Source: Squalus acanthias (Eukaryota). From it: a DNA stretch of 64,000 bases. Position numbers and translations under genes: made by a program. This document shows, piece after piece, positions 35,609-48,900 of the stretch; positions within the stretch are counted from its first letter, which is position 1; every line of letters begins with the position of its first letter. The stretch is taken from assembly GCA_030390025.1 (NCBI GenBank), contig CM059432.1, positions 26,724,001-26,788,000 on the forward strand, written 5' to 3'. Under the pieces are notes generated by a model. The model saw only the letters and a program-made list of their open reading frames with translations, made no database searches and was not told where the DNA came from.

Positions 35609-38600
35609 ATTGACAGACACAATTAAATAGAACATTGATAGCCACAGTTAATTCGAATATTGACAGGAACAGTTAAATAGAACATTGACAGACACAGTTA
35701 AATAGAACATTGACAGACACAGTTAAATAGAATATTGACAGGCACAGTTAAATAGAACATTGACAGACACAGTTAAATAGAACATTGACAGGCACAGTTA
35801 AAAAGAATATTGACAGGCACAGTTAAATAGAACATTGACAGGCACAGTTAAATAGAATATTGACAGGCACAGTTAAATAGAACATTGACAGACACAGTTA
35901 AATAGAACATTGACAGGCACAGTTAAATAGAATATTGACAGACACTGTTAAATAGAACATTGACAGTCACAGTTAAATTGATCATGAAGAGGCTCAGTTA
36001 AATGAATCATTGATAGGCACAGTTAAATAGATCATTGACAGGCTCAGTTAAATAGAACATTGACAAACACAGTTAAATAGACCATTGACAGGCACAGTTA
36101 AATAGAACATTGACAAACACAGTTAAATAGAACATGGACAGACACAGTTAAATAGAACATTGAAAAACACAGTTAAAGAGAACATTGACAGACACAGTTA
36201 AATAGAACATTGACAAATACAGTTAAATAGAACATTGACAGACACCGTTAAATAGAACATTGACAGACACAGTCAAACAGAACATTGACAGACACAGTTA
36301 AAAAGAACATTGACACACACATTTAAATGGATCATTGACAGACACAGTTAAATAAATCACTGATAGCCACAGTTAAATAGAACATTGACAAGCACAGTTC
36401 AACAGAATATTAACAGTCACCGTTAAATAGAACATTGAAAGACGCAGTTAAATAGAACATTGACAGACACAGCTAAATAGAACATTGACAGACACAATTA
36501 AATGGATTATTGACAGGCACAGTTAAATCGAACATTGACAGACATAGTTAAATAGAACATTGACAGGCACAGTTAAATAGAAGATTGACAGGCACAGTTA
36601 AATAGAACATTGACAGACACTGTTAAATAGAACATTGACAGACACAGTTAAATAGAACATTGACAGACACAGTTAAATAGTACATTGACAGACACAGTTA
36701 AATAGAACATTGACAGACGGAGTTAAAAAGAACATTGACAGACACAGTTAAATAGAATATTGACAGACACAGTTAAATAGAATATTGACAGACACAGTTA
36801 AATAGAATATAGACAGACACAGTTAAATAGAATATAGAGAGACACAGTTAAATAGAATATTGACAGACACAGTAAATGGATCATTGACAGGCTCAGTTAA
36901 ATGAGTCATTGATAGGCACAGTTAAATAGAACATTGACAGACACAGTTAAATAGAACATTGACAGTCACAGTTAAATAGATCATAGACAGACACAGTTAA
37001 ATAGAACATTGACAGTCACAGTTAAATAGATCATCGACAGACACAGTTAAATAGAACATTGACAGGCACAGTTAAATAGAACATTGACAAACATAGTTAA
37101 ATCGAACATTGACAGGCACAGTTAAATAGAACATTGACAAACACAGTTAAATAGAACATTTACAAACACCATTAAATAGAACATTGACAGACACAGTTAA
37201 ATAGAACATTGAAAGGCACAGTTAAATAGATCATTGACAGACACAGTTAAATAGAACATTGACAGGCACAGTTAAATAGAATATTGACAGGCACAGTTAA
37301 ATAGAACATTGACAGACACTGTTAAATAGAACATTGACAGACACAGTTAAATAGAACATTGACAGACACAGTTAAATAGTACATTGACAGACACAGTTAA
37401 ATAGAACATTGACAGACGGAGTTAAAAAGAACATTGACAGACACAGTTAAATAGAATATTGACAGACACAGTTAAATAGAATATTGACAGACACAGTTAA
37501 ATAGAATATAGACAGACACAGTTAAATAGAATATAGAGAGACACAGTTAAATAGAATATTGACAGACACAGTAAATGGATCATTGACAGGCTCAGTTAAA
37601 TGAGTCATTGATAGGCACAGTTAAATAGAACATTGACAGACACAGTTAAATAGAACATTGACAGTCACAGTTAAATAGATCATAGACAGACACAGTTAAA
37701 TAGAACATTGACAGTCACAGTTAAATAGATCATCGACAGACACAGTTAAATAGAACATTGACAGGCACAGTTAAATAGAACATTGACAAACATAGTTAAA
37801 TCGAACATTGACAGACACAGTTAAATAGAACATTGACAGGCACAGTTAAAAAGAACATTGACAGGCACAATTAAATAGAACATTGACAGGCACAGTTAAA
37901 TCGAATATTGACAGGCACAGTTAAATAGAGCATTGACAGACACAGTAAAATGGAACATTGACAAGCACAGTTAAATAGAACATTGACAGACACAGTTAAA
38001 TAGAACATTGACAGGCACAGATAAGCAGATCATTGACAGGCACAGTTAATTAGATCGTTGACAGGCACAGTTAATTAGAACATTGACAGACACAGTTAAA
38101 TAGAACATTGACAGGAACAGTTAAATAATACATTGAAAGACACAGTTAAATAGAAAATTGACAGACACAGTTAAATGAATCATTGATTGGCACAGTCATA
38201 TAGAACATTGACAGACACAGTTAAACAGAACATTGACAGGAACAGTTAAATAGAACATTGACAGACACAGTTAAATAGAACATTGACAGACACAGTTAAA
38301 TAGAACATTGACAGACACAGTTATATAGAACATTGACAGGCACTGTTAAAATGAACATTGACCGACACAGTTAAATAGAACATTGACAGACACAGTTAAA
38401 TAGAGCAATGAAAAACACAGTTAAATAGATCATTGACAGGCACAATTAAATAGAACATTGACAGACACAGTTAAATAGAACATTGACAGACACAGTTAAA
38501 TAGAACATTGACAAGCACAGTTAAAAAGAACATTGACAGGCACAATTAAATAGAACATTGACAGGCACAGTTAAATCGAATATTGACAGGCACAGTTAAA

Positions 38601-41600
38601 TAGAACATTGACAGACACAGTTAAATAGAACATTGACAAGCACAGTTAAATAGAACATTGAAAAACACAGTTAAAGAGAACATTGACAGACACAGTTAAA
38701 TAGAACATTGACAGACACAGTTAAATAGAACATTGACAGGCACAGATAAGCAGATCATTGACAGGCACAGTTAAATAGAACGTTGACAGGCACAGTTAAA
38801 TAGAACATTGACAGGAACAGTTAAATAGAATGTTGACAGGCACAGTTAAATTGATCATGAATGGCTCAGTTAAATGAATCATTGATAGGCACAGTTAAAT
38901 AGATCATTGACAGGCACAGTTAAATAGAACATTGACAAACACAGTTAAATAGAACATGGACAGACACAGTTAAATAGAACATTGACAGACACATTTAAAT
39001 GGAACATTGAAAAACACAGTTAAAGAGGACATTGACAGACACAGTTAAATAGATCATTGACAGACACGGTTAAATAGAACATTGACAGACACAGTCAAAC
39101 AGAACATTGACAGACACAGTTAAAAAGCACATTGACACACACAGTTAAATGGATCATTGACAGGCACAGTTAAATAAAACATTGACAGGCACAGTTAAAC
39201 AGAACATTGAAAGACACAGTTAAATAAATCACTGATAGGCACAGTTATATAGAACATTGAAAGACGCAGTTAAATAGAACATTGACAGACAGAGTGTAAT
39301 AGAACATTGACAGACACAGCTAAAAAGAACATTGACAGACAAAATTAAATGGATTATTGACAGGCACAGTTAAATCGAACATTGACAGACACAGTTAAAT
39401 AGAACATTGACAGGCACAGTTAAATAGAATATTGACAGGCACAGTTAAATAGAACATTGACAGACACTGTTAAATAGAACATTGACAGACACAGTTAAAT
39501 AGAACATTGACAGACACAGTTAAATGGAATATTGACAGGCACAGTTAAATCGAAAATTGACAGACACAGTTAAATAGAACATTGACAGACACAGTTAAAA
39601 AGCACATTGACACACACAGTTAAATGGATCATTGACAGGCACAGTTAAATAAAACATTGACAGGCACAGTTAAATAGAACATTGAAAGACACAGTTAAAT
39701 AAATCACTGATAGGCACAGTTATATAGAACATTGAAAGACGCAGTTAAACAGAACATTGACAGACAGAGTGTAATAGAACATTGACAGACACAGCTAAAA
39801 AGAACATTGACAGACAAAATTAAATGGATTATTGACAGGCACAGTTAAATCGAACATTGACAGATACAGTTAAATAGAACATTGACAGGCACAGTTAAAT
39901 AGAATATTGACAGGCACAGTTAAATAGAACATTGACAGACACTGTTAAATAGAACATTGACAGACACAGTTAAATAGAACATTGACAGACACAGTTAAAT
40001 GGAATATTGACAGGCACAGTTAAATCGAAAATTGACAGACACAGTTAAATAGAACATTGACAGACACAGTTAAATAGTACATTGACAGACACAGTTAAAT
40101 AGAACATTGACAGACAGAGTTAAAAAGAACATTGACAGACACAGTTAAATAGAACATTGACAGTCACAGTTAAATGGATCATGGACAGACACAGTGAAAT
40201 AGAACATTGACAGTCACAGTTAAACAGATCATCGACAGGCACAGTTAAATAGAACATTGACAGGCACAGTTAAATAGAACATTGACAAACATAGTTAAAT
40301 CGAACATTGACAGGCACAGTTAAATAGAACATTGACAAACACAGTTAAATAGAACATTGACAGTCACAGTTAAATAGAACATTTACAAACACCATTAAAT
40401 AGAACATTGACAGACACAGTTAAATAGAACATTGAAAGGCACAGTTAAATAGATCATTGACAGACACAGTTAAATAGAACATTGACAGGCACAGTTAAAT
40501 ATAACATTGACAGACACAGTAAAATAGATCATGACAGACACAGTTATATAGAACATTGACAAACAAATTTAAATAAAACAATGACAGACACAGTTAAATA
40601 GAACATTGAGAAACACAGTTAAATAAAACATTGACAGACACAGTTAAATAGAACATTGAGAAACACATTTAAATAGAACATTGACAGGCACAGTTAAACA
40701 GAATATTGACAGACACAGTTAAATGGATAATTGACAGACAAAGTAAAACAGAACATTGACAGACACAGTTAAATAGAACATTGACAGACACAGTTAAATA
40801 GAACATTGACAGACACAGTTAAATAGAACATTGACAGAAACAGTTAAATAGAACATTGACAGACACAGTAAAATAGAATATTGAAAGAAACAGTTAAATA
40901 GAACATTGAGAAACACATTTAAATAGAACATTGACAGGCACAGTTAAACAGAACATTGACTGACACAGTGAAATAGAATATTGACAGGCACAGTTAAATA
41001 GATTATTGACACACACAGTAAAATAGAATATTGACAGACACTGTTAAACAGAACATTGATAGGCACAGTTAAATAGATTATTGACACACACAGTAAAATG
41101 GAATATTGAGAAACACTGTTAAACAGAACATTGATAGGCACAGTTAAATAGAACATTGACAGGCATAGTTAAATACATCATTGACAGACACAGTTAAATA
41201 GAACATTGACAGGCCCAGTGAAATAGAATATTGACAGACACAGTGAAACGAATCATTGACAGGCACAGTTAAATAGATCATTGACAGGCACAGTTAAACA
41301 GAACATTGACAGGCACAGTTAAAGTAGAAAATTAACAGACACAGTTAAATAGATCATTGACAGACCTAGTTAAAAATAACATTGACAGTCACAGTTAAAT
41401 AGATCATTGACAGACACAGTTAAATAATACATTGAAAGACACAGTTAAATAGAACATTGACAGACACAGTTAAATGAATCATTGATAGGCACAGTCATAT
41501 AGAACATTGACAGACACAGTTAAATAGAACATTGACAGGAACAGTTAAATAGAATGTTGACAGACACAGTTAATTAGAACATTGACAGACACAGTTAAAT

Positions 41601-44009
41601 AGAACATTGACAGACACAGTTAAATAGAACATTGACAGACACAGTTAAATAGAACATTGACAGACACAGTTAAATAGAACATTGACAGACACAGTTAAAT
41701 AGAACATTGACAGACACAGTTAAATAGAACATTGACAGACACAGTTAAATAGAACATTGACAGACACAGTTAAATAGAACATTGACAGGCACAGTTAAAA
41801 AGAACATTGACAGGCACAATTAAATAGAACATTGACAGGCACAGTTAAATCGAATATTGACAGGCACAGTTAAATAGAGCATTGACAGACACAGTAAAAT
41901 GGAACATTGACAAGCACAGTTAAATAGAACATTGACAGACACAGTTAAATAGAACATTGACAGGCACAGATAAGCAGATCATTGACAGGCACAGTTAATT
42001 AGATCGTTGACAGGCACAGTTAATTAGAACATTGACAGACACAGTTAAATAGAACATTGACAGGAACAGTTAAATAATACATTGAAAGACACAGTTAAAT
42101 AGAAAATTGACAGACACAGTTAAATGAATCATTGATTGGCACAGTCATATAGAACATTGACAGACACAGTTAAACAGAACATTGACAGGAACAGTTAAAT
42201 AGAACATTGACAGACACAGTTAAATAGAACATTGACAGACACAGTTAAATAGAACATTGAGAGACACATATAAATAGAACATTGACAGACACAGTTAAAT
42301 GGAACATTGACAGACACAGTTAAATAGAACATTGACAGGCGCAGTTAAATAGAACATTGACAGACACAGTTAAATAGAACATTGACAGGCACAGTTAAAA
42401 AGAACATTGACAGGCACAATTAAATAGAAAATTGACAGGCACAGTTAAATAGAACATTGACAGGCACATTTAAATAGATCATTGACAGATACAGTTAAAT
42501 AGAATATTGACAGGCACAGTTAAATAGAACATTGACAGACACAGTTAAATAGATCATTGACAGACTCAGTGAAATAAAACATTGACAGACACAGTGAAAT
42601 AGAACATTGACAGACACAATTAAATAGAACATTGATAGGCACAGTTAAATCGAATATTGACAGGCACTGTTAAATAGAACATTGACAGACACAGTTAAAT
42701 AGAACATTGACAGACACAGTTAAATAGTACATTGACAGACACAGTTAAATAGAACATTGACAGACAGAGTTAAAAAGAACATTGACAGACACAGTTAAAT
42801 AGAACATTGACAGTCACAGTTAAATGGATCATGGACAGACACAGTGAAATAGAACATTGACAGTCACAGTTAAATAGATCATCGACAGGCACAGTTAAAT
42901 AGAACATTGACAGGCACAGTTAAATAGAACATTGACAAACACAGTTAAATAGAACATTGACAGTCACAGTTAAATAGAACATTTACAAACACCATTAAAT
43001 AGAACATTGACAGACACAGTTAAATAGAACATTGAAAGGCACAGTTAAATAGATCATTGACAGACACAGTTAAATAGAACATTGACAGGCACAGTTAAAT
43101 ATAACATTGACAGACACAGTAAAATAGATCATGACAGACACAGTTATATAGAACATTGACAAACAAATTTAAATAAAACAATGACAGACACAGTTAAATA
43201 GAACATTGAGAAACACAGTTAAATAAAACATTGACAGACACAGTTAAATAGAACATTGAGAAACACATTTAAATAGAACATTGACAGGCACAGTTAAACA
43301 GAATATTGACAGACACAGTTAAATGGATAATTGACAGACAAAGTAAAACAGAACATTGACAGACACAGTTAAATAGAACATTGACAGACACAGTTAAATA
43401 GAACATTGACAGACACAGTTAAATAGAACATTGACAGAAACAGTTAAATAGAACATTGACAGACACAGTAAAATAGAATATTGAAAGAAACAGTTAAATA
43501 GAACATTGAGAAACACATTTAAATAGAACATTGACAGGCACAGTTAAACAGAACATTGACTGACACAGTGAAATAGAATATTGACAGGCACAGTTAAATA
43601 GATTATTGACACACACAGTAAAATAGAATATTGACAGACACTGTTAAACAGAACATTGATAGGCACAGTTAAATAGATTATTGACACACACAGTAAAATG
43701 GAATATTGAGAAACACTGTTAAACAGAACATTGATAGGCACAGTTAAATAGAACATTGACAGGCATAGTTAAATACATCATTGACAGACACAGTTAAATA
43801 GAACATTGACAGGCCCAGTGAAATAGAATATTGACAGACACAGTGAAACGAATCATTGACAGGCACAGTTAAATAGATCATTGACAGGCACAGTTAAACA
43901 GAACATTGACAGGCACAGTTAAAGTAGAAAATTAACAGACACAGTTAAATAGATCATTGACAGACCTAGTTAAAAATAACATGACCCCACTACCGAACAT
44001 CAAGCCACC

Positions 44010-45677
44010 GTGTCCAAGACTGTCACTGACCTCATCTCCTCTGGAGATCTTCCCCCCACGGCCGCCAACCTCATAGTTCCCCAACCCCGCACAGCCCGCT
44101 TCTACCTCCTTCCCAAGATCCACAAACAGGACTGCCCCGGTAGACCCATCGTTTCAGCCTGTTCTTGCCCCACGGAACTTATCTCTTCCTATCTCGACTC
44201 TATTTTTTCTCCCCTTGTCCAGTCTCTTCCCACCTACATCCGCGACTCTTCCGATGCCCTCCGCCATTTTAACAGTTTCCAGTTTCCCGGCCCCAACCGT
44301 CTCCTCTTCACTATGGACGTACAATCCCTCTACACCTCCATTCCCCACCAGGATGGCCTGAGGGCGCTCCGCTTCTTCCTTGAACAGAGGCCCAACCAGT
44401 CCCCATCCACCACCACCCTCCTCCGCCTGGCTGAACTTGTTCTCACATTGAACAACTTCTCCTTTGACTCTACCCATTTCCTCCAAATTAAAGGTGTTGC
44501 TATGGGTACCCGCATGGGTCCTAGCTATGCCTGCCTTTTCGTGGGATATGTGGAACACTCTTTGTTCCAGTCCTACTCGGGTCCCCTCCCTCACCTCTTT
44601 TTCCGGTACATTGATGACTGTATCGGTGCCGTCTCCTGCTCTCGCCCTGAACTAGAACATTTCATTCACTATGCTTCCAATTTCCACCCTTCCCTCACCT
44701 TCACATGGTCCATCTCCGACTCTTCTCTTCCCTTCCTCGACTTCTCCATCTCCATCTCTGGGGATAGGTTATTGACTAACATTCACTACAAGCCCACCGA
44801 CTCCCACAGCTACCTGGACTACACTTCCTCCCACCCCGCCTCCTGTAAGGACTCTATTCCATTCTCCCAGTTTCTCCGTCTCCGCCGCATCTGCTCTGAT
44901 GATGCCACCTTCCATACCAGTGCTTCCGACATGTCTTCCTTTTTCCTCAACCGAGGATTCCCCTCTACCGTGGTCGACACGGCCCTCGACCGTGTCCGTT
45001 CTATCTCCCGCACATCTGCCCTCACCCCTGCCCCTCCCTCCCGGAACCACGATAGGGTTCCCCTTGTCCTCACCTTTCACCCCACCAGCCTCCACATTCA
45101 ACGGATCATCCTCCGCCATTTCCGCCACCTCCAGCGTGATCCCACCACCAAACACATCTTCCCCTCACCTCCCCTTTCAGCATTCCGCAGGGACCGCTCC
45201 CTCCGCGACACCCTAGTTCACTCCTCTACCACCCCCAGCACCCCTTCCCCTTCGCCCGGCACCTTCCCGTGCACGCGCAGGAGATGCAACACATGCCCTT
45301 ATACCTCCCCTCTTCCCACTGTCCAGGGCCCCAAACACCCCTTCCAGGTGAAACAGCGATTTACTTGTACTTCCTGCAATTTAGTATACTGTATTCGCTG
45401 CTCACGATGTGGACTCCTCTACATTGGGGAGACCAAACGCAGATTGGGTGACCGCTTTGCGGAACACCTCCGTTCAGTCCGTAAGGGGGACCCCGAGCTC
45501 CCGGTGGCCTGTCACTTTAATTCACCGCTTCACTCCCACTCTGACCTCACCGTCCTCGGCCTAATACACTGTTCCACGGAAGCTCAGCGTAAGCTCGAGG
45601 AACAGCACCTCATCTTTCGTTTAGGCACGCTACAGCCCTCTGGACTCAATATCGAGTTCAACAATTTTAGATCATAA
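44010..45677 (+). CDS. PLE reverse transcriptase + GIY-YIG endonuclease (N-terminally truncated, no stops)
   Basis: YLLPKIHK, GRPIVS, MDVQSLYTSIP, QIKGVAMGTRMGPSYA and RYIDD motifs; Cys linker CTRRRCNTC; LVYCIRC..C..LYIGETKR…RFAEH; C-terminal GTLQPSGLN. Confidence 0.93.
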   Translation: MSKTVTDLISSGDLPPTAANLIVPQPRTARFYLLPKIHKQDCPGRPIVSACSCPTELISSYLDSIFSPLVQSLPTYIRDSSDALRHFNSFQFPGPNRLLFTMDVQSLYTSIPHQDGLRALRFFLEQRPNQSPSTTTLLRLAELVLTLNNFSFDSTHFLQIKGVAMGTRMGPSYACLFVGYVEHSLFQSYSGPLPHLFFRYIDDCIGAVSCSRPELEHFIHYASNFHPSLTFTWSISDSSLPFLDFSISISGDRLLTNIHYKPTDSHSYLDYTSSHPASCKDSIPFSQFLRLRRICSDDATFHTSASDMSSFFLNRGFPSTVVDTALDRVRSISRTSALTPAPPSRNHDRVPLVLTFHPTSLHIQRIILRHFRHLQRDPTTKHIFPSPPLSAFRRDRSLRDTLVHSSTTPSTPSPSPGTFPCTRRRCNTCPYTSPLPTVQGPKHPFQVKQRFTCTSCNLVYCIRCSRCGLLYIGETKRRLGDRFAEHLRSVRKGDPELPVACHFNSPLHSHSDLTVLGLIHCSTEAQRKLEEQHLIFRLGTLQPSGLNIEFNNFRS

Positions 45678-45954
45678 CCTCAGCTCCAATCACATTTATA
45701 TTTTATTTTATCCACCCTTTTATTTGTCCCCCCCACCTTTTTTTTTCCTCCTAGAAGCTGGCAGCTGTCCTTCATTCTGCCAGTAGATTTCACACTTCAT
45801 TCAGCCTTAATCTGTCACATTAACACCACCTCTAGCCTTGCATATCTCTTAATGTCTCTTAATGTCTCTTCATCTCCTCCTTTGTTCCTTTATCCCCTCC
45901 CCCTTTTCCCAGCTTTACCCTGGCCTTAAATCTATTTGATTTCCAGCTCTTCCC

Positions 45955-45991
45955 AGTTCTGATGAAAGGTCATCGACCTGAAACGTCAACT
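45955..45991 (+). ncRNA. Minimal type-I hammerhead ribozyme
   Basis: Stem I AGTT/AACT; core CTGATGA (45959-45965); stem II AGGTC-atc-GACCT; GAAA (45980-45983); palindromic ACGT in place of stem III; predicted cleavage after GTC (C45987). Confidence 0.85.
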
Positions 45992-48900
45992 CTCTTTCTC
46001 TCTCCACGGATGCTGCCTGGCCTGCTGAGTTTTTCCAGCGTTTTCTGTTGTTATTTCGGATTTCCAGCATCTGCAGTATTTTGCTATCGTACTAGTTAAA
46101 AATAACATTGACAGTCACAGTTAAATAGAAGTTTAACAGGCATAGTTAAATAGAACATTGACAGTAACAGTTAAATAGATCATTGACAGACACAGTTAAA
46201 TAATACATTGAAAGACACAGTTAAATAGAACATTGACAGACACAGTTAAATGAATCATTGATAGGCACAGTCATATAGAACATTGACAGACACAGTTAAA
46301 TAGAACATTGACAGGAACAGTTAAATAGAATGTTGACAGACACAGTTAATTAGAACATTGACAGACACAGTTAAATAGAACATTGACAGACACAGTTAAA
46401 TAGAACATTGACAGACACAGTTAAATAGAACATTGACAGACACAGTTAAATAGAACATTGACAGACACAGTTAAATAGAACATTGACAGACACAGTTAAA
46501 TAGAACATTGACAGACACAGTTAAATAGAACATTGACAGACACAGTTAAATAGAACATTGACAGGCACAGTTAAAAAGAACATTGACAGGCACAATTAAA
46601 TAGAACATTGACAGGCACAGTTAAATCGAATATTGACAGGCACAGTTAAATAGAGCATTGACAGACACAGTAAAATGGAACATTGACAAGCACAGTTAAA
46701 TAGAACATTGACAGACACAGTTAAATAGAACATTGACAGGCACAGATAAGCAGATCATTGACAGGCACAGTTAATTAGATCGTTGACAGGCACAGTTAAT
46801 TAGAACATTGACAGACACAGTTAAATAGAACATTGACAGGAACAGTTAAATAGAACATTGACAGACACAGTTAAATAGAACATTGACAGACACAGTTAAA
46901 TAGAACATTGAGAGACACATATAAATAGAACATTGACAGACACAGTTAAATAGAACATTGACAGACACAGTTAAATAGAACATTGACAGGCACAGTTAAA
47001 TAGAACATTGACAGACACAGTTAAATAGAACATTGACAGGCACAGTTAAAAAGAACATTGACAGGCACAATTAAATAGAAAATTGACAGGCACAGTTAAA
47101 TAGAACATTGACAGGCACATTTAAATAGATCATTGACAGATACAGTTAAATAGAATATTGACAGGCACAGTTAAATAGAACATTGACAGACACAGTTAAA
47201 TAGATCATTGACAGACTCAGTGAAATAAAACATTGACAGACACAGTGAAATAGAACATTGACAGACACAATTAAATAGAACATTGATAGGCACAGTTAAA
47301 TCGAATATTGACAGGCACTGTTAAATAGAACATTGACAGACACAGTTAAATAGAACATTGACAGACACAGTTAAATAGAACATTGACAGGCACAGTTAAA
47401 TAGAATATTGACAGACACAGTTAATTAGAACATTGACATACACAGTTAAATAGAACATTGACAGACAAAGTTAAATAGAACATTGCCAGACACAGTTAAA
47501 TAGAACATTGACAGACACAGTTAGATAGAGCATTGACAGACACAGTTAAATAGAACATTGACAGGCACAGATAAGCAGATCATTGACAGGCACAGTTAAA
47601 TAGATCGTTGACAGGCACAGTTATTTAGAACATTGACAGACACAGTTAAATAGAACATTGACAGGAACAGTTAAATAGAATGTTGACAGGCACAGTTAAA
47701 TAGAACATTGACAGGCACAGTTAAATAGAACATTGACAGACACAGTTAAATAGAACATTGACAGACGCAGTTAAATAGATCGTTGACAGGCACAGTTATT
47801 TAGAACATTGACAGACACAGTTAAATAGAACATTGACAGGAACAGTTAAATAGAATGTTGACAAGCACATTTAATAGAACATTGACAGACCCAGTTAAAT
47901 AGAACATTGACAGTCACAGTTAAATAGAAGTTTGACAGGCACAGTTAAATAGAACATTGACAGTAACAGTTAAATAGATCATTGACAGACACAGTTAAAT
48001 AATACATTGAAAGGCACAGTTAAATAGAAAATTGACAGACACAGTTAAATGAATCATTGATAGGCACAGTCATATAGAACATTGACAGACACAGTTAAAT
48101 AGAACATTGACAGACACAGTTAAATAGAACATTGAGAGACACAGTTAAATAGAACATTGACAGGCCCAGTGAAATAGAATATTGACAGACACAGTGAAAC
48201 GAATCATTGACAGGCACAGTTAAATAGATCATTGACAGGCACAGTTAAACAGAACATTGACAGGCACAGTTAAATAGAAAATTGACAGACCCAGTTAAAA
48301 ATAACATTGACAGTCACAGTTAAATAGAAGTTTGACAGGCACAATTAAATAGAACATTGACAGTAACAGTTAAATAGATCATTGACAGACACAGTTAAAT
48401 AATACATTGAAAGACACAGTTAAATAGAACATTGACAGACACAGTTAAATGAATCATTGATAGGCACAGTCATATAGAACATTGACAGACAAAGTTAAAT
48501 AGAACATTGACAGGAACAGTTAAATAGAATGTTGACAGACACAGTTAATTAGAACATTGACAGACACAGTTAAATAGAACATTGACAGACACAGTTAAAT
48601 AGAACATTGACAGACACAGTTAAATAGAACATTGACAGACACAGTTAAATAGAACATTGACAGACACAGTTAAATAGAACATTGACAGACACAGTTAAAT
48701 AGAACATTGACAGACACAGTTAAATAGAACATTGACAGGCACAGTTAAATAGAACATTGACAGACACAGTCAAATACAACATTGACAGGCACAGTTAAAT
48801 AGAACATTGACAGACACAGTTAAATAGAACATTGACAGGCACAGTTAAAAAGAACATTGACAGGCACAATTAAATAGAACATTGACAGGCACAGTTAAAT

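Larger units (their letters stand above)
43983..46091 (+). mobile_element. 5'-truncated Penelope-like retroelement (Neptune type)
   Basis: RT + GIY-YIG ORF; 3' pLTR-like region with hammerhead motif; 17-bp TSD CTAGTTAAAAATAACAT (43966-43982 and 46092-46108). Confidence 0.95.

Noticed and set aside
44010..45677. Telomerase, retron or group II intron RT associated with the repeat array
   Set aside because: C-terminal GIY-YIG, Cys linker, hammerhead-bearing 3' end and TSD identify a Penelope-like element inserted after the array formed; no satellite template is seen inside it
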